Assembly: GCA_017409005.1 (NCBI GenBank)
Contig: JAFQTP010000002.1
Location: 249,159-313,158 of the forward strand
Length of the DNA stretch: 64,000 nt
Direction of reading: 5' to 3'
Source: Clostridia bacterium
GTDB taxonomy: Bacteria; Bacillota; Clostridia; Christensenellales; UBA1242
A program made the position numbers and the translations under genes. Positions 26,883 through 34,760 of this stretch are shown here, in pieces. The notes beneath the pieces are model-generated. The model was not told where the DNA came from. It made no database searches and saw only the letters and a program-made list of their open reading frames with translations. The stretch's first letter is position 1, and each line of letters opens with the position of its first letter.

Positions 26883-27035
26883 TTACGCTGTCTTTAAAGC
26901 GTTTTGAATTTTGACACTACCATCATCAAGAAATTCAATTAAAGTTCTTTCACCTTTAATAACAATTTCAACAAGACGCTTGGCTTTATCAATACAACAA
27001 ACAAGTCTATTGCTACCATTTCTAACTTCTTGCAT
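26883..27035 (-). CDS. hypothetical small protein (first gene of minus-strand operon)
   Basis: Start trimmed to MQEVRNGSN (ATG 27035) behind AAGGAGGAAG. 50 aa. Confidence 0.5.
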   Translation of the reverse strand: MQEVRNGSNRLVCCIDKAKRLVEIVIKGERTLIEFLDDGSVKIQNALKTA

Positions 27036-27133
27036 ATTGCTTCCTCCTTTTATAAATTGACTAACCATAAACCTTTGTTTCGGTGATTACAACTGCATTA
27101 TATAAAAGGAATTTTTGAAAAACCATCACATTA

Positions 27134-27263
27134 CTTTTCATTTACTCCAATGTTTTCCAGCATTTATAAAGTTTGATTAACACTGAAAACAAAAAAGCCA
27201 TCACTAACTTGTGATGACTAAAACAAAACTCTTATTTACTCTCAAAAACTCTCATTTACTCTC
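27134..27263. promoter_or_regulatory. divergent control region with three copies of a TCATTTACTC-type repeat
   Basis: The three copies are cttttcatttactcc (27134-27148), actcttatttactctc (27228-27243) and actctcatttactctc (27248-27263). The last two are in tandem 20 bp apart. A catcac/gtgatg hairpin lies between copy 1 and copy 2. Confidence 0.4.
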
Positions 27264-27300
27264 GTTTTGGAAATATTTGGAAAATTTTTTTTGAAAACCC

Positions 27301-27329
27301 TTGACTTTAAAAGTGAATGTTTATATAAT
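27301..27329 (+). promoter_or_regulatory. consensus-like promoter of the repressor gene
   Basis: TTGACT (27301-27306), 17-nt spacer, TATAAT (27324-27329). Confidence 0.6.
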
Positions 27330-27371
27330 GTTATCGTAAGCAAATGCTTATGATAGAAAGGAAACAATATT

Positions 27372-27977
27372 ATGAGAACCAAAGATAAAGAGTTAATGAA
27401 GAAGATGCTTAATTACATTAACGACAGCTTTGAAAAGACAGGCAGAACTCCGACTTATAGAGAAATAGCAAGTGAATTTTCTATTACAAGTGGTTGTGTA
27501 AGCAACTATATTAAAGAAATGGCTGAAAAGAATATGTTAGAAAATTCTTCTGGTAGTCGTGGTATAAGAACTCTTAAAATGAAAAAATCAAACAATGCTA
27601 TTGAACAATTAGGAGTTGTTGGTTCTATTGCTTGTGGAAGTCCTATGTATGCAGAAGAAAACATAGAAACCTACATATCTTTTCCAAGAGCATTATTAGG
27701 AAATGGTGAATTTTTTATTCTACGAGCAAATGGCGAAAGTATGATTGATGCTGGAATTGATGATGGCGATCTTGTAATTATACGAAAACAAGAAACTGCT
27801 GAAGAAGGCGACATTATTGTTGCTCTTATAAATGATGAGGCAACCTTAAAAAGATTTTATCGTGATAAGAAAAAAAGAAAAATAAGGTTGCACCCAGAAA
27901 ATGCAAAGCTTGAAGATATGTATTTTGATAATATCGCAATTCAAGGTGTTGCAATTAAGGTCATTAAGGACCTATAA
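27372..27977 (+). CDS. LexA/CI-like S24 peptidase repressor
   Basis: 201 aa. N-terminal winged HTH. IACGSPMYAEE occupies the position of the LexA VAAG cleavage loop, giving Cys-Gly as in UmuD. Ser nucleophile in NGESM and Lys in TLKRF. Confidence 0.8.
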   Translation: MRTKDKELMKKMLNYINDSFEKTGRTPTYREIASEFSITSGCVSNYIKEMAEKNMLENSSGSRGIRTLKMKKSNNAIEQLGVVGSIACGSPMYAEENIETYISFPRALLGNGEFFILRANGESMIDAGIDDGDLVIIRKQETAEEGDIIVALINDEATLKRFYRDKKKRKIRLHPENAKLEDMYFDNIAIQGVAIKVIKDL

Positions 27978-28128
27978 ACTTGATAATAATATAAAATTTG
28001 CCCCGAATTTTATGTTGTTATATATATTCACATAAGTAATAGACTCGTTCATGTGGAATCCCAACCCTGTAATTAGTTTATTAAATCTAAAACTTATGTG
28101 TTTTGGGATTTGGAGGTGTTTTACAAAA

Positions 28129-28302
28129 ATGGAAAAACCTAAAAGAGTTAAGGTCTGTTGCCCTGATTGTTCTAAATACTTTATGGCTACACCTAAAGAA
28201 GATGGCTCAATTAGTAAGCAATGTCCTAATTGTAAAGTTGTTGTTTTCATTAAAGAAAGAAATGGGAACGAAAAACTAATCAAATTAAAATATGTTAAAT
28301 AA
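28129..28302 (+). CDS. Com-like zinc-ribbon protein
   Basis: Start trimmed to MEKPKRVK (ATG 28129) behind GGAGG. 57 aa with CPDC...CPNC, a size and pattern like Mu Com-family proteins. Confidence 0.45.
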   Translation: MEKPKRVKVCCPDCSKYFMATPKEDGSISKQCPNCKVVVFIKERNGNEKLIKLKYVK

Positions 28303-28526
28303 TCAAAATCTAATGCGTTTATAAAGCAAAATTAAGGTTGGGTTGAAACATTATCAGTGGTAAGTCCTTATTCACTACTTTATAAATAAGATTCGTGGTA
28401 TGTGTTCTTTGAAACACCTTGACGAATGTGGTTATCGAGAGAAATCACACAGTTGGGGTGTTTTTCTATACTTGTTTTTAGAAAAACATCTCAATATCTA
28501 ATTCAAATCAAGGAGTTGTAATTAAG

Positions 28527-28835
28527 ATGATAGAAATGGAAAAGATTAGAAATGATTTGAAAGATATTCGTTATTATGTATCTCGCAAGAAAGTTTTTGA
28601 TGCTAATTCTGATTTTGTTGGGGTTAACAATATCACTGAAAAACTAAAAATGTATAATGATGCTGTTTGTTCGGCTTCTCCAAGATTGTATGATATTTAT
28701 GTGTCGTTGTATTTGAATAATCAAACACAAGAATCTTTATCTGAAATTTTGGGTTATTCGTTTCAAACAATATCAAGGTTAAATGTCCAACTTTTAAATC
28801 ATTTCTACAAAAAATTGAATGAAAATGTTGCTTAA
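28527..28835 (+). CDS. small sigma-70 region-4-like HTH protein
   Basis: 102 aa with RBS AAGGAG. LYLNNQTQESLSEILGYSFQTISRLNVQLLNHF resembles a region-4 HTH of phage or ICE late regulators. Confidence 0.45.
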   Translation: MIEMEKIRNDLKDIRYYVSRKKVFDANSDFVGVNNITEKLKMYNDAVCSASPRLYDIYVSLYLNNQTQESLSEILGYSFQTISRLNVQLLNHFYKKLNENVA

Positions 28836-28849
28836 TAAAAATTTAGTTT

Positions 28850-29000
28850 TTGAAATTGCCTTTGCTTTGTGTAGTGCCACCTTTGGTTAAATTGTCAAGG
28901 GAAACTGAATTATCCCTCGTAAAGCATAAGTCAGTTTCTTTATCCTTGACAATCTAACTTTTCAAAGGTGGCGAAAAGTTGGGTGCAAAGGCAATTTGCA
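28850..29000. repeat. ~150-nt four-segment imperfect palindrome immediately upstream of the recombinase gene
   Basis: Four perfect stems: aaattgcctttgc/gcaaaggcaattt (13 bp), gccacctttg/caaaggtggc (10 bp), attgtcaagg/ccttgacaat (10 bp) and gaaactga/tcagtttc (8 bp). Confidence 0.8.
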
Positions 29001-29030
29001 AAATTAAACACTAAAAGGAGTTTAGAATAG

Positions 29031-30572
29031 ATGGAAAGTTGTGTAATATATGCTAGATTTAGTTCACACGGTCAAAATGAACAAAGTATTGAAGCACAAG
29101 TTCGTATTTGTAAAGAATTTGCAGAAAGTAAAGGTTTGAAAACTGTTAATATTTATAATGATAAAGCAAGAACAGGAACAAACGATTCTCGGCCAGAATT
29201 TCAAAAAATGATTACTGACGCTCAAAGTGGTGCTTTTAAGTATATCATTGTTTATATGTTTGACAGATTTGCGAGAAACCGTAGAGATAGCATTATGTAT
29301 AAAGAAATGCTTAAAGAAAAATATGGCATAAAGGTTTTGTCGGCATTAGAACCTATTGCAGAAGATGAAGGTGGCGAATTTTATGAAATGTTTTTGGACT
29401 GGAACGCAGAAAAATATAGCAAACGACTTTCAAAACGTGTTAAAGATGGGCTTGATACAAGTGTTGCAAATGGAACTTTTTGTGGTGGCTATTTGATATA
29501 TGGCTACAAAATTGATTATGAACCTATTGCTGGCAAAGTTGGTAAATTTATAAAAAGAGTTGTAATCAATGAAGAAGAAGCCGAAGTTGTTAAATTTGTT
29601 TTTGAACAATATGACAAAGGTATTCCTAAACTAGAAATCGCACAGGCACTAAATGAAAAAGGATTACGATATAAAGGCAAACCTTTTAAAGGAAGAACTT
29701 TTGATAAATATCTTGTAAACAAAAAATACACTGGCGAATTTGAATTTGGTGGAAGACATTGTGATAATATGTATCCTCAAATTGTTTCAAAAGAATTATT
29801 TGACAGAGTTCAAAAGAGATTGAATAAAAACAAATACTTTTTAGGTGGCGTTAACAAAGCTAAAATTGAATATTTATTGACAGGCAAACTGTTTTGTGGG
29901 CATTGTGGAACAGAAATGGTTTCAGATGGTGGCGTTAGTAAAACTGGTGCTACTCATTACTATTATGCTTGCAAGAAAAAGAAAAAATCTCAATGTGATA
30001 AACGCAGAGAAAATAAAGATAAGTTGGAATTTTATGTTGTATCTTGTGTGCGCGATTTTCTTTCAGACAAGAAAAACGCAGAAGTTGCAACAAATGACGT
30101 TTTGGCTTATTACGAAAAAAGAACTGATACAAGTGTATTGAAATCAGTTCAAACAAAAATTGCTAATGCTAAAAAGGAAATTGAAGAACTTGCAGATTCT
30201 TTTGTAAAAGCAAAAAACAAACTTTTACAAGATACCATTGAAAAGAAAATGGAAGAATATGAAATATTGCTTAATGATTTAATGTATCAAGAAGCTCAAC
30301 TTGAATTAGAGCGTGGATACAAGATAACAAAAAAAGACATACTTGAATTTGTCGCAGAAATATTAAAAGGCGACCTAAATGATAAAGATTATCAAAAGAA
30401 ACTTATTGACAATCTTGTTAGTCAAGTTTATGTCAGTGATGATGATACGGTTGTATATTTATATATAAAAGGTGGAAACACTATTGATTTGCGTGATATA
30501 GATGATACAAAAGAAGCTATAAAAATGGCTAATTCTGTTAGAATGCAATCACCACCGTCCCGCCAAAATTAA
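29031..30572 (+). CDS. large serine recombinase (integrated-form ORF)
   Basis: 513 aa with RBS AAAGGAG. N-terminal resolvase domain (VIYARFSSHGQNEQSIEAQ), recombinase domain, zinc ribbon CGHCG...YYYACKKKKKSQC, and a C-terminal coiled coil. Confidence 0.9.
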   Translation: MESCVIYARFSSHGQNEQSIEAQVRICKEFAESKGLKTVNIYNDKARTGTNDSRPEFQKMITDAQSGAFKYIIVYMFDRFARNRRDSIMYKEMLKEKYGIKVLSALEPIAEDEGGEFYEMFLDWNAEKYSKRLSKRVKDGLDTSVANGTFCGGYLIYGYKIDYEPIAGKVGKFIKRVVINEEEAEVVKFVFEQYDKGIPKLEIAQALNEKGLRYKGKPFKGRTFDKYLVNKKYTGEFEFGGRHCDNMYPQIVSKELFDRVQKRLNKNKYFLGGVNKAKIEYLLTGKLFCGHCGTEMVSDGGVSKTGATHYYYACKKKKKSQCDKRRENKDKLEFYVVSCVRDFLSDKKNAEVATNDVLAYYEKRTDTSVLKSVQTKIANAKKEIEELADSFVKAKNKLLQDTIEKKMEEYEILLNDLMYQEAQLELERGYKITKKDILEFVAEILKGDLNDKDYQKKLIDNLVSQVYVSDDDTVVYLYIKGGNTIDLRDIDDTKEAIKMANSVRMQSPPSRQN

Positions 30573-30602
30573 AACTAATCCCAACGTAGATTAGTTTTTT
30601 TG
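30572..30602 (+). terminator. intrinsic terminator (probably the original tRNA-Ser terminator)
   Basis: aaactaatc-ccaacgta-gattagttt followed by a T-run, 6 nt after the CCGCCAA repeat. Confidence 0.7.
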
Positions 30603-30657
30603 TTCATATAACAAGGTTTTAGTTTTTCAAATTTAGAAATTTTGTTAATATATAATC

Positions 30658-31521
30658 ATGAGAAAGTTTAAGCAAATTTATATAGAAATAACTAATATAT
30701 GTAATCTTAATTGTTCGTTTTGTCCTAAAAATAGCAGGCCTAAAAAATTTATGACGGTAGAGGAGTTTGACGTAATTACAACTGAAATATCTCCTTTAAC
30801 AAACACCATTTGTTTGCATCTTATGGGAGAGCCTTTGTTGCACCCAAATATAAAAGAAATATTTGAAATTTGTAACAAAAAAAATTTAAACGTATATTTA
30901 ACAACAAACGGAACACTTATCAAGCAAAACTTAGATTTATTAAAATCTGGTTATGCAAAAAGAATATCAGTTAGTCTGCATAGTTTTGAGGCGAACAATA
31001 ACTCTAATTCTTTAAATGCTTATTTAGAAGATGTTCTGCAATCTTGCAAAGAAATTGCCAACAATAGCAAAACTTGCATCGAATTTAGATTGTGGAATGA
31101 GAATGGTAATAAAAAAGCCAAAAACGCGTTAAACAAAAATATAATAGAAAAAATAAACAAAACATTTAACACCAATCTGGTTAACACAAATTTACAAAGC
31201 CACATAAGTTTAACCAACAAAATTTATATAAGTTTTGCCGATACTTTCGAGTGGCCAATTAACACGGAAAATCAAGAAAAGAATTGTGCAAAATTTTGCT
31301 ATGGCTTACGTTCTCATTTTGGGATTTTATGCGATGGAACTGTTGTTGCTTGCTGTTTAGATAGCGAAGGGAAGCTTGCACTTGGCAATATTTTTGAAAG
31401 CAACATAACCAACATTTTAAACACACCACGTGCTAAAAACATTTATAAAGGATTTAGTGATAGAAACATTACAGAAGAATTTTGCAAGACCTGCACTTAT
31501 GCAAATAAATTTCTTGGCTAA
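30658..31521 (+). CDS. radical SAM protein with C-terminal Cys-rich (SPASM/twitch-like) region
   Basis: 287 aa. CNLNCSFCP (CxxxCxxC) near the N-terminus. C-terminal Cys cluster CDGTVVACCLD...CKTC. Confidence 0.75.
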   Translation: MRKFKQIYIEITNICNLNCSFCPKNSRPKKFMTVEEFDVITTEISPLTNTICLHLMGEPLLHPNIKEIFEICNKKNLNVYLTTNGTLIKQNLDLLKSGYAKRISVSLHSFEANNNSNSLNAYLEDVLQSCKEIANNSKTCIEFRLWNENGNKKAKNALNKNIIEKINKTFNTNLVNTNLQSHISLTNKIYISFADTFEWPINTENQEKNCAKFCYGLRSHFGILCDGTVVACCLDSEGKLALGNIFESNITNILNTPRAKNIYKGFSDRNITEEFCKTCTYANKFLG

Positions 31522-31648
31522 ACCTTATTAAAAACTAATTTTTAAATAGATTGGTTTTTATTTAAAAGCTATTTAATTTGGCTATTAACATTTTTAACAA
31601 TTTTAAATTTGTGATACTATATAGATATTATAGTTTAGGAGCATAATT

Positions 31649-32350
31649 ATGGATTTAAGAGTTTTTGGATTAGTGCATTGGATTTATTTATTAATCACTC
31701 TAACACTTTCGGCAGTGGGCTTATTTTTTGCCAAAAAATATGCAAAAACCGAAAAAACACAAAACATTATTTTAAAAAGCATTGCAGGAATGTTGCTTAT
31801 CTGGATTTTGTTAAACAGACTATCGCAAGTGTTTAGATATGAAGAAACCAGATGGTATTTAATTATTCCAGATAGTTTTTGTGGAATGACTAGCTTAGTG
31901 TTGGCACTTTCGGTTTTACTTGGTAAAAAAGACAACATTGTTTATCATTTTGTTTGGTTTATTTCGTTAGTAGGAACAATTATAACATTAGTGTATCCTT
32001 CATTTTTAGACCAATCTTCAAGTGTGTTCTATTTGCCAACCATTTCAGGGCTATTACACCACAGCCTATCGCTTGTTATGACAATTGCTCTACTATTGTT
32101 TAATCAAATACATATCACATACAAAAAATGGTATAGCACAGTGTTTGGCTTTACTGCATATTTCACTGTTGGTGCTTTTCAAATGTCGGTATTTGGATTA
32201 AGCGACGCATTCCACATTGTTGAACCAATGCTTGATGGCACACCACTAACAGCTTGGGTTGTTGCACCAATTTATATTGCTGGTTATAGCATTGTGGTGT
32301 TGGTTATTGAACTAATTCGTAAATATAAAAACAAAAAAGAGGGCAATTAA
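31649..32350 (+). CDS. polytopic membrane protein, function unknown
   Basis: 233 aa with 6-7 hydrophobic segments. General resemblance to the membrane protein at 3654-4418. Confidence 0.6.
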   Translation: MDLRVFGLVHWIYLLITLTLSAVGLFFAKKYAKTEKTQNIILKSIAGMLLIWILLNRLSQVFRYEETRWYLIIPDSFCGMTSLVLALSVLLGKKDNIVYHFVWFISLVGTIITLVYPSFLDQSSSVFYLPTISGLLHHSLSLVMTIALLLFNQIHITYKKWYSTVFGFTAYFTVGAFQMSVFGLSDAFHIVEPMLDGTPLTAWVVAPIYIAGYSIVVLVIELIRKYKNKKEGN

Positions 32351-32445
32351 ACAAAAAATAAGTGTGTTTTATATGCAATTATTTTAGTTGTTAACATAAT
32401 CATTAACATAATTAGTTGTATGTTTCACTTGCTCATTCAAACTAA

Positions 32446-32482
32446 AAAACTCTAACCAAAATGGTTAGAGTTTTCTTTTTTA
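32446..32482. terminator. bidirectional intrinsic terminator
   Basis: ctctaacc-aaaat-ggttagag hairpin with flanking A and T runs. Confidence 0.7.
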
Positions 32483-32506
32483 TAAAGCTTATTAATTTAA
32501 AAACAT

Positions 32507-32965
32507 CTACTTTATTTCGCCACTAACAAATTTAACATTGTTTCTTAAATTTGTGCCGTTTGCTTGATAGTCGTTATAAAATAGTTGCGATATTTCTGGT
32601 GGCATAAGTGGAAGTGTAGGGATTTTTGCAATATCAATAAGTTTAGGTATGTAAAGCCCGTTATTACGGTTGTCTTGAAATTCTTCGCCAGTGCCCGAGC
32701 CAAACTCGCCAGAAACCCATTTTGCAACATAAAAATGTTCAATGCTGTTTTGATTTTCGTAGGTATAAACTTTTTTAAGTGGTTCAACAACAATTCCAAA
32801 CTCTTCAAACACTTCGCGTTTAACACATTCTTCCTCGGTTTCGTTTTGCTCCATTCCTCCGCCAGGAAAAGTGTAAAAAATTCTATCTTGTTTTTCACGA
32901 TACATTGAAACAAGTTTTTCGTCTTTTACTATAATTGCTCTTACACGAATTCTTTTTTCGTTCAT
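32507..32965 (-). CDS. NUDIX hydrolase
   Basis: 152 aa. Nudix box GGGMEQNETEEECVKREVFEEFG. Confidence 0.85.
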   Translation of the reverse strand: MNEKRIRVRAIIVKDEKLVSMYREKQDRIFYTFPGGGMEQNETEEECVKREVFEEFGIVVEPLKKVYTYENQNSIEHFYVAKWVSGEFGSGTGEEFQDNRNNGLYIPKLIDIAKIPTLPLMPPEISQLFYNDYQANGTNLRNNVKFVSGEIK

Positions 32966-33047
32966 GAGTGCTCCTTAAATTGTTTTTAGCATTATATCAT
33001 ATTGTTTCAATGTTGATAAAATAATTATTAAAAATAAAATTTAATTA

Positions 33048-33075
33048 TTGACATCAAACTTTATTGTGTTATAAT
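33048..33075 (+). promoter_or_regulatory. promoter with extended -10
   Basis: TTGACA (33048-33053), 16-nt spacer, TGtTATAAT (33067-33075). It drives a ~155-nt leader. Confidence 0.55.
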
Positions 33076-33235
33076 CAAAATGCGTAATCCCTATACCATT
33101 CCGGATTAAATTAGCGCTGGGAATTTTCTAAAACTTTTAGAACTTCTTATGAATGGACAAAAAACAACTTATGCTGTTTTTGTTTATTCGTGAGAAGTTT
33201 TTTTAACAGCAAAAAAACAAATAAGGAGAAAGAAA

Positions 33236-33772
33236 ATGAAAGTACTAATTGGAACAAAAAATCCAGGAAAAATTGAAGGAGCAAAAAGGGCACTAGCAAA
33301 ATATTTTGACAACTTTGAACTTGAAGGCGTAAAAGTTTCGTCTGATGTTGCCGACCAACCAGTAGGCATTGAAACCTATAATGGTGCGTTAAACAGAGTT
33401 AACAATTTAGTTGCCTACGCCAAACAAAACAATATTGAAGCCGATTTGTTTTTGTCGGTTGAATCGGGGTTAACTAGCGAACTTGGGTTTTGGGCAATAA
33501 CAAACATTGCCGTAATTAAAAATTCCAAAGGCGAAATGGGGGTTGGCTCAAGTGCAAGTTTTCCAGTTCCTAACAAATATGTTGAGCAAATTAAAACTCA
33601 AACTTTGGGCACTGTTATGGATAACATTTTTAACGAAAGCGATTTAAGAAGTTCAACTGGCGGAATTGGTTTGTTAACACGTGAAGTTATTACCAGAATT
33701 GATTTAACTTGTGATGCATTTTTAATGGCTCTAACTCCATTTATTAACAGTGTTTGGAACGATAATAATTAA
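33236..33772 (+). CDS. YjjX-like inosine/xanthosine triphosphatase (DUF84 NTPase)
   Basis: 178 aa. MKVLIGTKNPGKIEGAKRAL ... SDVADQPVG ... ETYNGALNR matches the non-canonical purine NTP phosphatase family. Confidence 0.7.
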   Translation: MKVLIGTKNPGKIEGAKRALAKYFDNFELEGVKVSSDVADQPVGIETYNGALNRVNNLVAYAKQNNIEADLFLSVESGLTSELGFWAITNIAVIKNSKGEMGVGSSASFPVPNKYVEQIKTQTLGTVMDNIFNESDLRSSTGGIGLLTREVITRIDLTCDAFLMALTPFINSVWNDNN

Positions 33773-33790
33773 ACATAACTTAAAAAATTT

Positions 33791-33826
33791 AAAGCCTAAG
33801 CATATTTTTGCTTGGGCTTTTTTAAA
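33791..33826 (+). terminator. intrinsic terminator
   Basis: aagcctaagc ... gcttgggctt hairpin plus a T-run. Confidence 0.6.
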
Positions 33827-33898
33827 TTAGTTTTTTTATATGTTAGTGTTAGTAATTTTTTTTAATTTGTGATAATATATGACTAAGAGAGGTGGAGT

Positions 33899-34702
33899 AT
33901 GAAAACAGTTGTAATAACAGGTAGTGGCAGAGGGTTTGGTTTTGAAATGGCCAAAATTTTTAAGGCTAACAATTTTAATGTTGTGTTAACCGATATTAAC
34001 GAAGAAAATTTAGCAGCGGCAAAATTTGAGGTTGAACAACTTCCAACACAATCTAAGGTTATTAGCGTTGTGTGCGATGTTACCAAACATGCTCAAATAG
34101 AAAATTTGTGGGCTGAAGCCGTTAAAGCTTTTGGTGGTGTTGATATTTGGATTAACAATGCAGGAGTTAATCAACCAGACAAACCAATGTGCGAACTAAC
34201 TCAAAAAGAAATCGATTTTTTAGTTGATGTTGACTTAAAAGGTGCAGTTTATGGCAGTAAGTTGGCGTTTAAGCACATGAAAGAGCAAGGCTACGGTCAA
34301 ATTTATAATGTTGAGGGCTATGGAAGCAACGACGCCATGATGACAGGGTTAACCTTATACGGCACCACAAAACGTGCCATAACTTATTTCACACAAGCGT
34401 TAGCAAAAGAAAGTGAAGACTTAACCGATGGCAAAGTTTGTGTGTGCAGGCTAACACCTGGCATTATGATTACTGAGTTTATTAAAAGTGCAAACGGCGG
34501 TAAAACAAAAATTGAACTGCCAGAAAAAACTAAAAAAGTTTATAACATTTTGGGCGACTATCCGCAAACCATTGCAAACTATTGCGTGCCAAGAATGATT
34601 AAAAACACTAAAAACAATGCAAAAATTGTTTGGTTAACAAATGCCAGAGCTTTTGCAAGGTTTTTAACTGCCGGCTTTAATAAACGTAACTTTTTTGAAT
34701 AA
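33899..34702 (+). CDS. SDR family oxidoreductase
   Basis: 267 aa. TGSGRGFG cofactor motif, NNAG, and YGTTK (YxxxK). Confidence 0.85.
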   Translation: MKTVVITGSGRGFGFEMAKIFKANNFNVVLTDINEENLAAAKFEVEQLPTQSKVISVVCDVTKHAQIENLWAEAVKAFGGVDIWINNAGVNQPDKPMCELTQKEIDFLVDVDLKGAVYGSKLAFKHMKEQGYGQIYNVEGYGSNDAMMTGLTLYGTTKRAITYFTQALAKESEDLTDGKVCVCRLTPGIMITEFIKSANGGKTKIELPEKTKKVYNILGDYPQTIANYCVPRMIKNTKNNAKIVWLTNARAFARFLTAGFNKRNFFE

Positions 34703-34721
34703 TTTATTTTGTAATAAAAAT

Positions 34722-34755
34722 AAAAAAAGAATGGATTTGTTCCATTCTTTTTATT
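34722..34755. terminator. bidirectional intrinsic terminator
   Basis: agaatgga-tttgt-tccattct hairpin with flanking A and T runs. Confidence 0.7.
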
Positions 34756-34760
34756 TAAAA

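Larger units (their letters stand above)
7328..30566. mobile_element. ~23.2-kb integrated element (virus-like, serine-recombinase dependent) at tRNA-Ser
   Basis: CCGCCAA occurs at 7328-7334 (tRNA 3' end) and at 30560-30566 (3' end of the recombinase ORF). Inside are a large serine recombinase, an S24 repressor, an HUH Rep, a Zot-like ATPase and many tightly packed orphan genes. Housekeeping genes lie on both sides. Confidence 0.7.

Noticed and set aside
28303-28526. 220-nt non-coding gap with several hairpins (attcgt/acgaat, tgtttttcta/tagaaaaaca) as a possible ncRNA
   Set aside because: The stems are short and AT-rich. I could define no promoter or terminator pair and no family resemblance. 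It is more likely an ordinary regulatory spacer before the 102-aa HTH gene.
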